This document shows, in pieces, positions 37,573-51,743 of a stretch of 64,000 nt of DNA. The first letter of the stretch is position 1; each line of letters opens with the position of its first letter. The DNA comes from Azolla caroliniana (lineage: Eukaryota; Plantae; Polypodiophyta), in contig JBHGNT010000009.1 in NCBI GenBank assembly GCA_043228905.1, positions 6,262,001-6,326,000 of the forward strand, written 5' to 3'. The notes below the pieces were generated by a model, which saw nothing but the letters and a program-made list of their open reading frames with translations, ran no database searches and was not told the DNA's origin. The translations under genes were made by a program, and so were the position numbers.

Positions 37573-38524
37573 GGTTTGAGAACCACTTGTATATGCTAGG
37601 TGTTGACATAGAATTGTTGCTGTGAGCTCCAAAAAACCTCTTTAACAAGATCAATAGAGCAAGCTCTTCAAGACTTAATGCATTAATTGTAGGTAATCAT
37701 TAAGGCTAGTAAAATTACTTGTTTTAAAGAAACCTTAATTAAAGAGTTGATGTGCAAAAACACTTAAGTTTTATTGTTGTATTTGTAGTTGTGCTAACAA
37801 TAGCACATGTGGAGTTTTGTGTCATCTACACAAACAAGGTAAATGGAAAGGCAATGAAGTTGTAGGGCTCTGTGCGGTTTATATCTTACCTCAATCTTTT
37901 CTTAGTCAAAGTTGCTCTTCTTTAGCAAGGTCAAACCGTGGTCTTCATTATTGAATGTAAGGAGGTAAAGCTTTGATTGACCATGTTCATCCTTAAGCAA
38001 ACTCTCTAGACTTGCACTCAATATTGAATTCTAAGAAAGAAACTCTATTGTGAAACTAATTAACACATAGATATATGTTCTCGATTAGTTAGCTAAGATT
38101 ACTAGATTAGGCTAAAGACTTTGAGAAGAGAGAGACAAGAAAATCTTGAGAATAGTCTCAAAAGTGATTTTTGTAGTGTTGGCCATCTTGCGGACTTGTA
38201 AATATATGGGTTATATGTAAGTACCACCCAACTCTCTATAATTAGAAAGGGGATGAGGATTAGGCAACCGTGTATGTTTTTAGGGTTATAAAATATACTA
38301 GGAGTAAAGGCCAATCAAAGTCAAGCACTTAATGATACACAAAGCAATTACATTAAAACAATATCTGTGCATGATGCATAATAATACGATCGCCAACTTT
38401 CAACTTCCCCTACATAAGACAAGGAGAAAGACACATTGAAAAGATCAAATAATACACAATTGATAACTTAATATTTGGTCATCCCCCCTCGTAGAATCAA
38501 AGTACAAAACTCTTCCTCCCTCGC

Positions 38525-38932
38525 TAGCAATCGACAACGGTTCGGTTCAGGCCTTTATTAGTTTAACGGTTTTCGGTTTAAACGATTCAAACGGTTTGAC
38601 AATTTATGATTGACATTTGATCATTTTCTTAAATATTTTTTAATATTTTAAGCCTAATTTTGATATTTTAAGAAAAAACTTTAAATTTTGAAATTTTGAA
38701 AATTTTAAAATTAAAATGCGAAATTTTGAATTAAAACCTAACTTGAAAACTAAACTGTGAAACCGCAATTTGAATGATTTAATACTTTAATGGTTTAAAA
38801 GTCTCTAACACCATTTAGTTTGAGCTGCAATTTTTTGTAACGGTTCGGATTACACGGTTTCATGGTTCGGTTCGGTTCGATTTTAAATGGTTTGAGTTTG
38901 ACACTCTTGAAACAAACCATTGTTGATTGTTA
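38525..38932. mobile_element. Non-autonomous hAT DNA transposon (MITE), 408 bp
   Basis: Imperfect TIRs TAGCAATCGACAACGGTTCG / TAACAATCAACAATGGTTTG (reverse complement). 8-bp TSD TCCCTCGC (38517-38524) / TCCCTCAC (38933-38940). Subterminal CGGTT repeats and an AT-rich core. Confidence 0.85.
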
Positions 38933-40404
38933 TCCCTCACTACCATTAGTAGCATGTTGGCCCTAATTGCAAGTTGTTGCCACAATAGTGTCACAATCAA
39001 TTATATTTTACCATTTCTATTCGTCCATTCTATCATTAACATTGATATGGTTGTTATGTCCTTTATTGTCCCTCTATCTTAATTAAAGCATCAATATGTT
39101 GAGTTTTACACTATGATGTTGTTAATTGCTATATGACCAACTTTCATGAAGTTCAATTATATGTGTGTCTTTGTCGTATTGGTATCGACTCTTTATTGTT
39201 GACTAGCAACTAACATCAACTACACAAATTGACACCTTATCTCCACATACGTAATGTTCACCACGTTTGACCCCTTGAGACTAGCCAATCTATATCATTG
39301 ATGACCACAATTAACATAGGGTCTTTTACACGCCTTCTCACACTGTTTCAACATGCGATCCTATCTTTCTAAAGTTAAGTGTTGTTCTTACATTGCTATA
39401 TGAACCTTTGAGGTTGATTAAGAAGCACAAGAACTTTAGCAATAGACCAATACTTATTGTCCTTGTTTAGCATAATGAGTGAACCAATCAACATTATCAT
39501 GGGATTTAAACCAGAGAGATGTCTTTGAAAATGACGTCGTTGATGCAGGGTTGTAGGGGACGATATTCATTATGGCATGCGATTAAACCTTCCCTTCTTG
39601 ACTTGCACGGGTGCATTTGTAGGTGTGTGAGAAATTCCCTACGATGCAGTATGGTTTGGTTCGTCCAATATGTGCACCATAATACGTAGATGTGTATGAG
39701 TTTGTATATACATACTTGTTTTTTTTTAATGAGTGCATGTATAATAAGAAGGGAGAGTGTGCAAGATTGGTGGATGTGTACCCATATTTCCCATGTATGT
39801 GTGATTATTTATTTTTATGTGTATGCGTGTGTAGGTATACATGTAATTGTCCAAGAGTGTGTGAATGTATAAGTGTTTATTGTATTTTACATGTATATTC
39901 ATCATTGACCAAAAATAGTTGTGTTACACCTAGTATATTTGTGAGTGACTGTGAGTGAGCGTAAACAAAATGCATGTTTGTATTAATTTCTGGAAGGGGG
40001 AAAATTTTAGGAATTTTATAGTTTATATATATATATATTATTCTATTCTATTTTTATTGAAACCCTAAGGGTGATTCGGAAATGTAAGGTTTCTCGCCCC
40101 CCTCCCCCGATTTGTGGGTAGGCATCTAGGGGAGGTGAACGTAAAGTTAAAAAGTGAGAAATGGTAGGTTGTGTGTGAACCAAACAAGAGAAAACGAATC
40201 CTAGGCCTGATGTTGTGCTTCAATTTCTGACATCGAGCTATTTTAGTGATGGCGGCAACAAATGTTAGGGGGGCAGGGGGTTGCTCATCACATCTCCATT
40301 TGCCCTCCCCTTATTGTAGCTTAACAAGGAGCATGTAGGTGCAAGCCTTTTCACTTCATAAATCTGTTTTCACAAAGGTAACTTCATGTAACTTTCCCCC
40401 ACCC

Positions 40405-40480
40405 AAATATTACCCAATGGAAGGGTGGTAGATTTTCCGAATTCAGATATGTAGGTTCGAATCCCACCACTTGTCAAGAT
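40405..40480 (+). other. tRNA-derived (SINE-head-like) remnant
   Basis: Exact B box GGTTCGAATCC at 40454-40464, with a degenerate A box (TTACCCAATGG) 44 nt upstream. No intact cloverleaf. Confidence 0.5.
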
Positions 40481-43400
40481 TGCTTTTCCCCTCGTAAATT
40501 CCTCTTTAGTACTTGGAATTTCAAGCACTGATCACTCACAAGTGTGGGCCTGAGTCTCGCCTCCCACCAAACATGCACAAATTTGTGTGCAATTTTTCAT
40601 TTTGTGCCCTAATTCCCGATCCGAAAATTTTGGCACGAACCTCATTTAACCTGAAATAAGTAAATAATCAAAACATTAATGTGGTTACATTTCCAAAATA
40701 TTATAATAAATATTTAGGGGGATAAAATCAATATATAATCAAGTTTTTTGCTATAATCAAACACCATTACACAAGTGAGAGAGGTTAGGATGAAGAAAGA
40801 TATTGGGGGATATCCTTGAGTTTTGACATGGCAAGCCTACAACGAATGACACTTTGCTTCGGTTGTCTTAGGCCTCCCATTAGTCATCATGAATCTACCC
40901 AATGGTAACCCATTAGCCAACAAAGTCTAGGAGCTCGAATTCCAAATGAATCTACCCAATGGTAACCCTAACAATAAGCTCTCTTACTCATTTTATAGCA
41001 ATTTAGAGCTCACTTGTTGGATAAAAATAATGCCCTCTTTTATTGTGTACTACTTACTACCTTTCCTTTTAGGATGCACTCAATTTTATACTTTCAAGTT
41101 TCATGACCATTTCGTTTCTTTCTTCTTCAAATTCCCCTAATGGCATTTGAACCCTTGATTTTATTGTTCAAGTGGTTAGCTCTTACCATCTAGCTATTTT
41201 TTCTCACTCTTTATGTTTTCATTTGATCACTTTTTCCTCTGGTCTTCAACCATAACCATGGTATTTTACAAAACTTGAGATTTAGGTACTTTTCTCCCTT
41301 CACGCATGCCATTGGTACTTTTACAACATGGTATGTGATGTGCCCCTAGGGGAAGGTGAGCCATTTTACACCTTATTGCACTGGAGACTCCACGCACAAT
41401 CACTCCAGACTAGAGTGATGGTGTGGGGAATATTGGGAAGAAAGAGTTGGAGAGTGGTTGAGGAAGATATCCTCGAGTGTGATCATCAACGCAAAGATAT
41501 GGAACTTGGGTGTCGATCGTGGGTTGATGGTTGAGGATTGGAATGTAGGAACAAACTAGGTGGTGTACTGCGCTTTTGGATAAAGATGATAAAGAAAACA
41601 AGAAGTGAGTGGTGTGGAGGTTGTGGTTATGAGAATCTAGGTAGTTTAGGTAGGAGTGCACAAAGGTTCGTCACATAGCATTATTTATCAAGGCATTTTG
41701 GTTGGTGGCAATGGCACATTGGAGTATTGAATATTGATCAGTAGCAAATCCATATCTTGCATAGTCACTTGTTAAGTACCTACCATAATTTCACTTCCCA
41801 TGCCTTCCAACAACATCACATTAGAATTGATACCAAAGGGATACATCTAGAGGCAAGAAATGGGGGGTGACAAACAAGGACATTGTTGCCACTATAGTGT
41901 GAACGAGCCAAATAACGTAAAAGACTATAACAGTCCATTTCAATGCTCTTTTGAGCTTCTTCACTTAGTCAACTTGATCTAGAGCTTTAGTTGTGTGTGT
42001 GTTGGCTTGGTGGTTTACACAAACTTCAAAGTAAATATTGTAAATTGTAACATTGGCCTTCTTGTTACATACCTACATTCTTTTCTTGTTTCCTTTTTCT
42101 TTCTTATTCTCTTGTTTCATTTGATCTCGTTCTCAACTACGACCCTAACATACGATATTTTGATGAAGGAACATGCAACTGTCCTTTTGAAGAAACACAT
42201 GATCCTTCCTGTGATTGTATGATTTAGGAACATGCAATTGTGATTTGGAGGAATACGCAAACCTACTATTTGAATGCCATCGTGATCAATTGTTTTTTTT
42301 AGCAAGTGGCAAGGGGGGCTGGTTGTGGGTTTGGGTAGTGAAGTTGTCAACAAGGGAGTGTATTCTATTTTGCCTATTGTCCTTAGTCAACCTTAGGAAA
42401 GACTAGTTGGCCTAACTTTCTTAATATGTGTTAGGGAGGTTGATCATGGTGTATGGATTGTATCATCTTCTAAGGGGCACACAACTTGGGTACATAGTTA
42501 ATAGGCCGCTTGAAGGCAACTGAGAATGTAGTAAATACAATGCCATAGCATACATGTAACTCTATGTATTATTCACATTCAACAAAACACACAATTCTTA
42601 ATTGCTTAATTATTACTGAACATTCACAGAGTTAATTGCTTAGCTTTGAAGAGTGAAGAGAAGAGAAATAGTTTACAACAATAAAGAGTAGTTAATGGTT
42701 TAATCGACAATGGTTACCATGTGATTCCTCTCTCCTCACCTATCTTTTTTATTTCCTTTCCTTCTTTGATATTATCTAATTTACCTCTAATTAGTGAATA
42801 CCAAATCTTTATATAGTTGTGGGTGATAGATGGTGCCTCCATCACCCAATTTGTCTAGATATTTGGCCCTTAAGTTCTTCCTCCATTATCAATTATCTTC
42901 AACTTATTCAATGATGTGCTTGAGGACCTTTGTACTTTTTTTTAATAATTGCATATTTAGGGCCATCGAAATATAAACACAAAGTCCTTCATATTTATAG
43001 GGTCTAGTTACATAATACAATGGTTCGATCAAAATGCAAGGACCTCTCCAAGAGAAAATTAGGGTTTTCTACTCCAAGATCGATTTTGGTGGTTGATCTT
43101 AGTTGTCACTATTCATTCCAAAGAGGTGGCAAAGTTCTTATGATGGTGTACAAGTAGTGATGACAATGGAGCAGATGAGGATTGGTAGATGGCAAGGTCA
43201 ACATTGAAGACCTTCATTACCACTCGACTAGTCTCTAGGTTGTACCGACCCTTGCACTTAGAGTTGATGGAAAGGTAATGAATTTTTTGGATGCAAACAA
43301 CTCGATGGTGGGTGTGCATACATGGAGAGGTCTTCTCTATAGTTAATACATGCCAACCTTAGCAAAAAGTCCAAAACAAATGTGTTTAACATGTCATACT

Positions 43401-45542
43401 ACTAGTAGATGCTTATAATAGGACAAGGTGGGAGAGGTTGAGTCTCTCGGAAATTTTTAACATCATTAGATGGAGGAAGAATTATAATCAAAACACCATG
43501 ATTCTTACTTTGCAAAGGCAATTGACACGTCGGCATATATTCTTAATAAATGCATTATCGCTATTGAACACGATAGATAATGAAACTTTACAATAAAGTA
43601 TAGAGTGAAGAGAAGCGTCATGCGGCACTCAAGAAACCATGGTTGATCTCATGCTTGGACAATAAATTCCCATTATAGAAGTGTCATAGTGTTTTTTTGT
43701 CAAAGAGAATAGTGCCCCAGACACATAGGTTGAAGCAAAATAACAATTTTTGGTTGCATGACAAACAATAGGCTATAAATATAGAGGGAGATCACACTAA
43801 TAAGATATTATGTCCACTATTATAGGTGCTTGTGGAATTAAAATACTACCCACATTGGTAACCCTTTACCATATCTTGAAATATGTCTTTGGAGTAGGCA
43901 TTCCTCATCAATTGTTTTCTAAGTAGGACAAGGTATTGCCATTTGGAATATTGATTGCAAGATTGTGGTGGGTTCAACTCAAATGATAAGCAGTAGATGT
44001 AGATGAGAAACTATTCACATGATGTAATTGTAGGACAATTGCGTCCTGAAACGATGATGCGAAGAGAATACCTAGAATCTAGATTAGAGGTCACTCATGA
44101 AAACCATCAGTTATAGAAGAAGATGGTGTTCACAATCACTTACACTAAAAATTAATGAGAAATTTTGTCTTTGCGAGAGTTGAAGATTATTATTAGCATT
44201 TTCTTTTATTTAAAATGGCAATGCAACTGTTTTTCACTCCATGTGATATGGAAAGTGTAACAATGTTAGCATCATAATGCATTGGAGCAAACTAGTACCA
44301 TGCATTATCTCTCCCTACAACTAGAGTGATTTTTCTATAGGGAAGAGAACATCAAACACATAACTCCAACATCGAACCCACAACCTTGATGTTGCAAAGA
44401 ACATATTTTACCTATTCGGTTTGTGACTTTGTACTTTAGTTTGTCATAAGGAAATATTCTCGTTTCCCAATTTCTCGTTATTGAAGATGAGAAAATAAAA
44501 TAGATGTGACATGCTCCATTTGCTATGGGAAATGGAGAACGTTGTTCAAGGTACATGTCAAATAAGTCATTCCACCTAAAGCACAAAGTGAACGAATTGG
44601 CAATTCGTATATATAGAAAACTGGCAAATCAAGTGTATTAAATACGGTGTAGTGGTAAACCTTAAGGTTTCGAATTGAAGTCTAAAGCGATGGATCTAAT
44701 ATATGTTCATGTTAAACCACGACCAAGTTCTTACGTTGAGATTATGCTTGTTAAACCTCACGACTTGTTTTTTCGGATAAATCTAACATGTGATATTCAC
44801 AGTTTTTTAATGTCATTCATTTCACGAAGATCTAGTTTACACACTGAAAGTATTATTTTTTATTGATTTAGATAAGGGAAGTATTTTGGGAATGTCAGAC
44901 TTTCTATATATTTTGCAAGTAAATAATGCACCATTCCTCTGTTTTCTGTGAGCTTTGATGTACATCAACATTTTTCTCCAAAAAGAATGGCTTTGTGGTT
45001 CACTTTCCACAACCCTTGATGGCTTTACAAATTCACTTCACACCCCGAGGGTTGACAATGATAGAAATGCCTTATAAAAGGCAATGCTAAACACGAGAAA
45101 GAAGATATAATAGTATTTAAAATGGCTTTACAAATTCACTTTCAACAGCCCAAGGGTGAAATTGATAATGTTGTGCTATTTTTTTAAAAAATACTAGAAA
45201 TTGGAAAAAGACGATACTGCAATTATGTGTAAAGTTAATGGAGTTCTATGCTATGAGAAGCTCACTTGATCTTGGAAGGTAGGATCTTACGCTATCGAAA
45301 TAAGTTTGTGGTCCCTTTGTATGTCTTTGAATTAGAGAATACAGACCTTTAGGGGTGAGATCGTTATAGGCCGAGTATCTATATAAAGCCTTATTGTAAG
45401 GAATCAAGATTGCGTCTTGTTTCTTGATTTACACAAGGTCTTTCTTTTTGTGCAAGTCACAGGCAAGCATGTGAGTGAATATGATTATGCACATTCTCTG
45501 TGTGCACATGTTTAGTACACTTTAAGCAATTAGTTAATGTGA

Positions 45543-45747
45543 GGGAATTATATTATATTGGAGGTATGTAGAATGAATAATAGCCTTGTAAGGACCTTAG
45601 TAGACTTGAGTTATGTGCTATGGTACATACCTAAATGTCTAGTGGGAATTATATTATATGGGAGGTATGTAGAGTGAATAATAGCCTTATAAGGCCCTTT
45701 GTAGACTTGAGTTATGTGATGTGGCACATGCCAAAATGTCTAGTGGG
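45543..45747. repeat. ~100-bp tandem duplication in an LTR-like remnant
   Basis: gggaattatattatat.ggaggtatgtaga...tagacttgagttatgtg occurs twice. Nearby gtttctagaaggtccccgaacgttctaga resembles the motif in the Gypsy LTR at 4222-4240. Confidence 0.7.
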
Positions 45748-46257
45748 CAAGAGTTAGTACACATTGCCATTTATGGGTTAATGAATTGCCTAGGAATTGT
45801 GACAACTATACAGTTATCATACTTGTACATACAAAGATGGTCGTCACACGGACACAAAAGTTTAGTTGCACGAAGTAGGGCCCCGAAACATCCTCTTATA
45901 TATTCTTTGTATACTTCGATGTTTCTAGAAGGTCCCCGAACGTTCTAGAATCTTCATACATATGTTAAATCTAGCATTGTCTCATCCTTTGGACCAACGT
46001 AGTTTTGGACGATGGTCTAGATGTTGAGATCTTCATACAAATGTGACTTACTCTTATCAAACTATTTCGGTTTAGTGTTAAACATCGTGAGATATAGGGG
46101 TAGCTCGCATGTCTCTTATTTGTTCAAGAGTCATCCCTTGTCATGCATATTTCCATCTTCCAACATATCATCAAGCTTACTTTTGTTTTAATTTGGAGTG
46201 AGGGAGCCTAATAGTTTTACTATGGATAGGGCAAGTTGATTATGATTTAAAAAAAAG

Positions 46258-46296
<39 letters not shown>

Positions 46297-47293
46297 GATG
46301 TCACATGTGTTACTCAACATGGGAACATAATTTGTTGCTAAAGGTTAAAACATTGTGTATAATAAATAATAGAGGAATGGATAACTATTAATCTATACAT
46401 ATACTCATGTACCATTCATTGGGAGAGGGGGATATGAAAGCACCCTCTCATTTTTTTAATTGGTTTCTCTTTGTTCCCTTTCATAGCAAATAAAATTAGA
46501 AGGGGAATTTCTTACAGCTTATTAGAGCATCGCTTGTGATGGAATTTTACCTTTAGGTTGCAAAGTAAAATATAGATGTCGAGTCGAAGAAAACATGGTC
46601 GGACCTCGATGGAAGCTAATCATCCGGATCAAACAACCTTAATTATAACTAATTAAAGTTTAGCATGCCATCAACGTAAAGTTTGTTGTACTAGCTCAAC
46701 TAAGTCCAAAAGACTTTTGTGAATTTGCAAATTAAGCTCCACCATACAAGGGGTGCACATACATGTGCACACAATGTTCGGCATAGAAAACATAATCGAC
46801 GAGAAACCCAAGGCAATATCACGTTCTGAACACGAATCACACTTTTGGACATGTGACGGAATAGGTGCTTTGCAGTCCTAATTGCGCAGGAAAAAAAGAC
46901 ACAAACGTGAATCGACAAGCAAAGTATCTGGCATACGTGAACGGGGAAGTAAAAGGTAGGATTGAATCATAGGTAAACCCCCCACAAGGGATGTACCGAT
47001 TTGCTTGTCATGGCAAGAGGAACCGATTTGCTTGTCATTCATCGTGGTACATAGTATGAATCCATGATGAATGAAGATAAATGATGTGCTTCATAAAATT
47101 GAAAGAGGGGTGTGTTTGTGTGTGCACATGTGAAGCAAAATAAGAGAGCTTGGTTTTTTGTGTAGTATAAAATAAATGGGAGGCCTACTTTTGTAGTTTT
47201 TTGCCGATATTTGCAACCCACCCCCCCAAAAGAGAGAGAAGGAAAGGAAAAAGAAGAAGGAGAAGGTGGGAATAAATAAATAAAAAGACATAA

Positions 47294-47459
47294 TGAGGAG
47301 AAATTATTAGTATTTGAAATAAAATTATAAAAATCCAAAATAAATAAATAAATATACTGTATCTAATATCTATGTGTGAGGAGAAATTATTATTATTTGA
47401 AATAAAATTATAAAAATCCAAAATAAATAAATAAATATACTGTATCTAATATCTATGTG
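47294..47459. repeat. 83-bp near-perfect tandem duplication
   Basis: tgaggagaaattatta.tatttgaaataaa...tctaatatctatgtg occurs twice. Confidence 0.9.
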
Positions 47460-47788
47460 TGTGTGTGTCTGTAAAAATGAAGGCATCGCCTTGCGTCCTG
47501 ACGCGTGTCACGCCTACGTCCGAGCCAGAAGATTCCATGACGTCACCCTCCCAGCAACTACACAACTCTTCTTCCTTGTTCTTTTTTCCCCCTTTTTCTT
47601 TTTGTTATTTTATTTTTTATTTTATTTTTCACCTTGATAATGACTAATATGTATTTCTTTTCTCTCTATATGTATTATGTACATATGTATATATTTTAAT
47701 AACAAACAAAAACTATGTATATTAAACGTTTTGCTTTTCTGAATTTGATTTAAAGCAAAATAGCTTCATAATGAAAGGGCTCTCTTGA

Positions 47789-47838
<50 letters not shown>

Positions 47839-49733
47839 CACAAAAACCAAACCACTAGATCATGCATTGCCTTAAGGGCCTTCCACAAAACCTCCCCAAG
47901 GCCAAGCCTCCTCACTCACCTATTTTGTGTACACATATACATATCATATACATAAGTTATTAGTAAATGTCTCGACACTCATGTTACAAGTTTCTGCACT
48001 TGTGTTGGGCCACACATCACACCGAGTACACTACACGTACGCATTAAAACTCGCATGATGCATTTATTATCATCTCACCATATCCATTCCCATCTCTGTA
48101 GGTTTTTATCGGGTAGAGAGGAAAGGGATCTCACTCCCACATTCCTTTCGCCATATCCATCGAGCTGCTTTTTGCTCACTTGCACAGGTGTGCCCCCAAG
48201 AAGAAGCCACCCAAGTACCTGCTCCTGTGTCTTTAATACATTAGGTTAGCCTCACGCGAGTAAATTGCCATATGTACCGAAGGAGGCGTGCTGGCAAACA
48301 GGTAAAGCACTACGCTTTCTTTTCCGCTGTAATTACTAACATGTCCATGCTCATACGTAGCTCATCGTCGTGACTTGTTATTGTACAACAATCTAGGATA
48401 GAGTTTTAAATACCAAAGCATGTGCCCCCCATCCTAAAGCAATTGTACCGAATTGATGGATTAAACACTCGGAATAATAAATAAACAGATTAATTCGACC
48501 AACAAGGAGGCTTTAGATAGATCACCACGAATGAACCCTTTATACAGGTAATGAATTGAATAGTTTTTATTGTATATCCACATACATTCAAGGCTTTCAC
48601 TACAATTTTAGAATATAGGGACAATATTTGCTTATAGCTCAGATGATCAACCAACGCAATCAAAACCCATAAAAAGACTTCGCACAATTAAAGCACCATA
48701 CTTGCCTCATGAACAACCAAAGAAAAAAGAGTGTACCATGCCACGTCCCATTAGATTAGACAACTTCGGTCTCACTTTCATCCCTAAGATACATACACAA
48801 CTAAAGAAACAAAAGTAAAATAAGGAAAAGAACTACAAAAATCGAACGTCATAACAATACAGGCATACAAAACGAGATCCGGAAAAGAAGGAAACCAATC
48901 GAGAAACAAAGAAGAAAACAGACTAGCTTTGGGTAAACAATCCGAGCCAAGTGTGGCAAATGAAGCCTACCAAGCAAGAAGGAAATGGGTGAAAATGTAT
49001 TCAAAAAGCCAACTTCCGGAAAGATGCGCCATCCGATTACAAAAGAATTTTACAAAGTTTCTTCAAGACACCCAGGTGAGGGGAGAAGGAGGTGTTGGGG
49101 GGAGGGTATTACAGGTATATAAGTACATATGGCATTCATGGTTTTACAAGCTCTTTTTAGGGTTTTGAATCCTTCAGATTTTTTAAAACTCCCAGCTTCT
49201 CGCCCTCTTCATTTTGAAGACAAGGAACCATCTCTTGTGCCAACAACCATCATTTCCAGAATCCTCCTTATAAAACTCCGAATTCCTGCAAAGATCCCTC
49301 CCTTGTCTCTGAGACCTCTCAAACCTTTTTTTCGATTACTATACCCTCATCAAAGGCCGATCCGTCCTCAGTTCATCGAAACAGCTTTTTCAGCTTTATT
49401 GCTTTTTCGCATTAAGCTTTTCAAATCACTTGAACCAGTGAGAACCCAAAAAACAAAAGAAAAAACAGAACAGAACAGCCACCAGCCTCAATTCAGTTCT
49501 ATTGCCGTTCCATCGTAGCACACTTTCTTGCTTTTTTTTTTTTATGCTATATGGCAAAAATTACATAAAGAAAAAACAGGATTTCTTCTCCTCTTCTCTT
49601 CACTTCACTTCTCTTCTCTTCTCTCTCTCTCTCTCTCTTAGAGAGCATCCAACAATTCCTTATTTACTCAAACTGTAGATCAAAAGTATATATACAAAAG
49701 AGAAAAAGAACAAAAAAAGGACTTGGGTTTAGA

Positions 49734-51743
49734 TCATGCAACTGCAGCACGGGCGGTGGCAGTAGCAGGTAATGTGTGGGTATGCATAGCATAGCAATTA
49801 GGTGTTGCGGATGATGATGATGAAGACGATGACAACATTCTTTCTTTGCGATCATCGAGAACAATTTGTTGATATCGGCATTCAGCCGAACAAAAGCCCA
49901 GATCTCCCCTGAAAAACATTATATTATATAGACTAGATTTAGTGACATGTACATGGAAACAGAGAATCTCAATAATATTATGCTATGGGGACTAGCCCAT
50001 AGTAAGAAAAAGAACTGAATAAGACCCTAAACCTTACTATAAGCTTCAATCCTCAAAACCTTCAGCCTAAATTTCAACGATCAGAACCCTTGATACTGAA
50101 TTTTTTTTTTAACAGTAAACCCCAAGCTTTAAACCCTAAGGCTAATGCTTTAAACCTTGACCCCCCTAAGATTTGAATTCCCTCAAGACTTAAGGAATCA
50201 AGTGTAGGCTGTGCTGACTCTGCTCCAGCAAAGCTCATAATGTGATCGATCCTATTCTGCATTTAACGTTTCAAGAACAAATACTTATACGCATAGTCCT
50301 AAAAAGCCATATTAATTTATATCAGAAATTTTACATCCTTGATCTTATTTTTTCGTGGTTTTCTTTCTCTCTCCTGTAGGGTGTGCGGTGTCTAGTAACA
50401 ACAAAGAACTTCTTTTGTCATAGCTTCAGTACATAATTCATGTGCAATCAAAAGACTTTTGAGTTAATTTCTTCTGTATTTTGCTTGCAACTCAATAGAG
50501 TTAGGACAGAATCGGTGCCTTTTCGCTCACAAACAAATCGAACAAAGTTGATTCCAGTGTATTATTTTCCAGCTCACAAAGTGCATTTTTAATTCTGTTT
50601 TTGCTCGCAACACAATTGAATAAGATTTAAATCACAGTGTTATCTTACTCGCATTTTGATTCAAATAGGATCAAAATGCAGAGTGCATTTATTTCACCAG
50701 ACATCCCATCAAACAAAATCAAATGGCAGTGGTAATTTTCAGTCATTGTTCCATCCCAAGGTTCCATGGAGTCCTATGAATGAAAGATAATAAGGAAGAA
50801 ATTGGAGAGAAAGCTCATGTTACTCTTACCTGTACATGAAGATATCTCTCCCCTGAGAGAGAGGGCGCTTGCAGAGGCAACAGAAACTGAGGAAATGTGT
50901 TGATCCATGGAAGCTTCCATGGCTGCTGCTGCCACAAAAATTAGTAGTGGCAGCAGGCGATGCAGTAGAGAAGATAGACTCCCTCATCCTTTCCATTTCT
51001 CTCTCATCATCGTCGTCGTCTTCTTCATCTACTTCTTCCTTTATCATCTTCTGCTCCAGATTTAAGCTAAAATCCTCAGCTTCTTCTTCATTGATCTTTC
51101 TGTGGATATTTGACCTAATTTCAGCCCTCATTTCATCATCATCATCCTCCTCCTCCTCCTCTTCACCCTCGCCATGGAAACCATGGCTTTCTTCTTCACA
51201 GCTCTTCTTGCTATTACACAGGCCTGCGACCATAATCGATATTGGATCACTCTTTAACGAAACTAATTTACTACGAGATAGCTCCGATTCCTCATTAATA
51301 AGCTTCGCTGCTTCAGCTTCAGCTTCTTCCGCAGCGATTTCTTCCGCTTTAATGGCGACCACGATTCCTAACCCTATCCCTGCAGGTACAGGATTACCTG
51401 CAGAGATCAGGAGGCTTCCAAGAACAGAGCGAGGAGACCTAAGCGCAGCTCTGTGGCTATGGCGGCACGAACTTGAATGTTTCGGAGCCGTACAAAGCTC
51501 AAGAACGGACTTAGGGCTTTCACAGGCCTGATAAGGGTTACAGTTAGGGTTATGGTTAGGGATACTGTTAGTGTCACTGTTAGGGTTAGTTCTAAGATTT
51601 TCTGAAGCTTCTATGGCGAGTTTGAATCCCACCACGACCTGCTGAGGAGAGTCCTTGTTATTCGAGTTTCCATAGCTTAGAAGCTGTGATTTACTCGTCG
51701 TTTTTCTGAGGAAGTTGTTAGGGCGAGGGCGCTTGCCCAGCAT
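49734..51743 (-). CDS. FLZ: FCS-like zinc finger protein (FLZ / DUF581), 2 exons (51743-50830, 49908-49734), about 362 aa
   Basis: HFLSFCCLCKRPLSQGRDIFMYR|GDLGFCSAECRYQQI is the CX2C...FCSX2C FLZ domain, split at the YR|G intron (ACAG|gtaaga...tttcag|G). N-terminus MLGKRPRP; SPKSVL and GIGLGIV motifs. Confidence 0.95.

Noticed and set aside
42420-44100. Possible old LTR-retrotransposon remnant
   Set aside because: Too degenerate to fix boundaries or motifs by eye.
48929-49518. 79-aa and 129-aa plus-strand ORFs
   Set aside because: Antisense to the likely FLZ 3' UTR; no recognisable motifs or exon structure.
50869-51531. 220-aa plus-strand ORF antisense to FLZ
   Set aside because: Shadow frame of Glu/Asp-rich codons (poly-Ser); non-ATG start and no domain.
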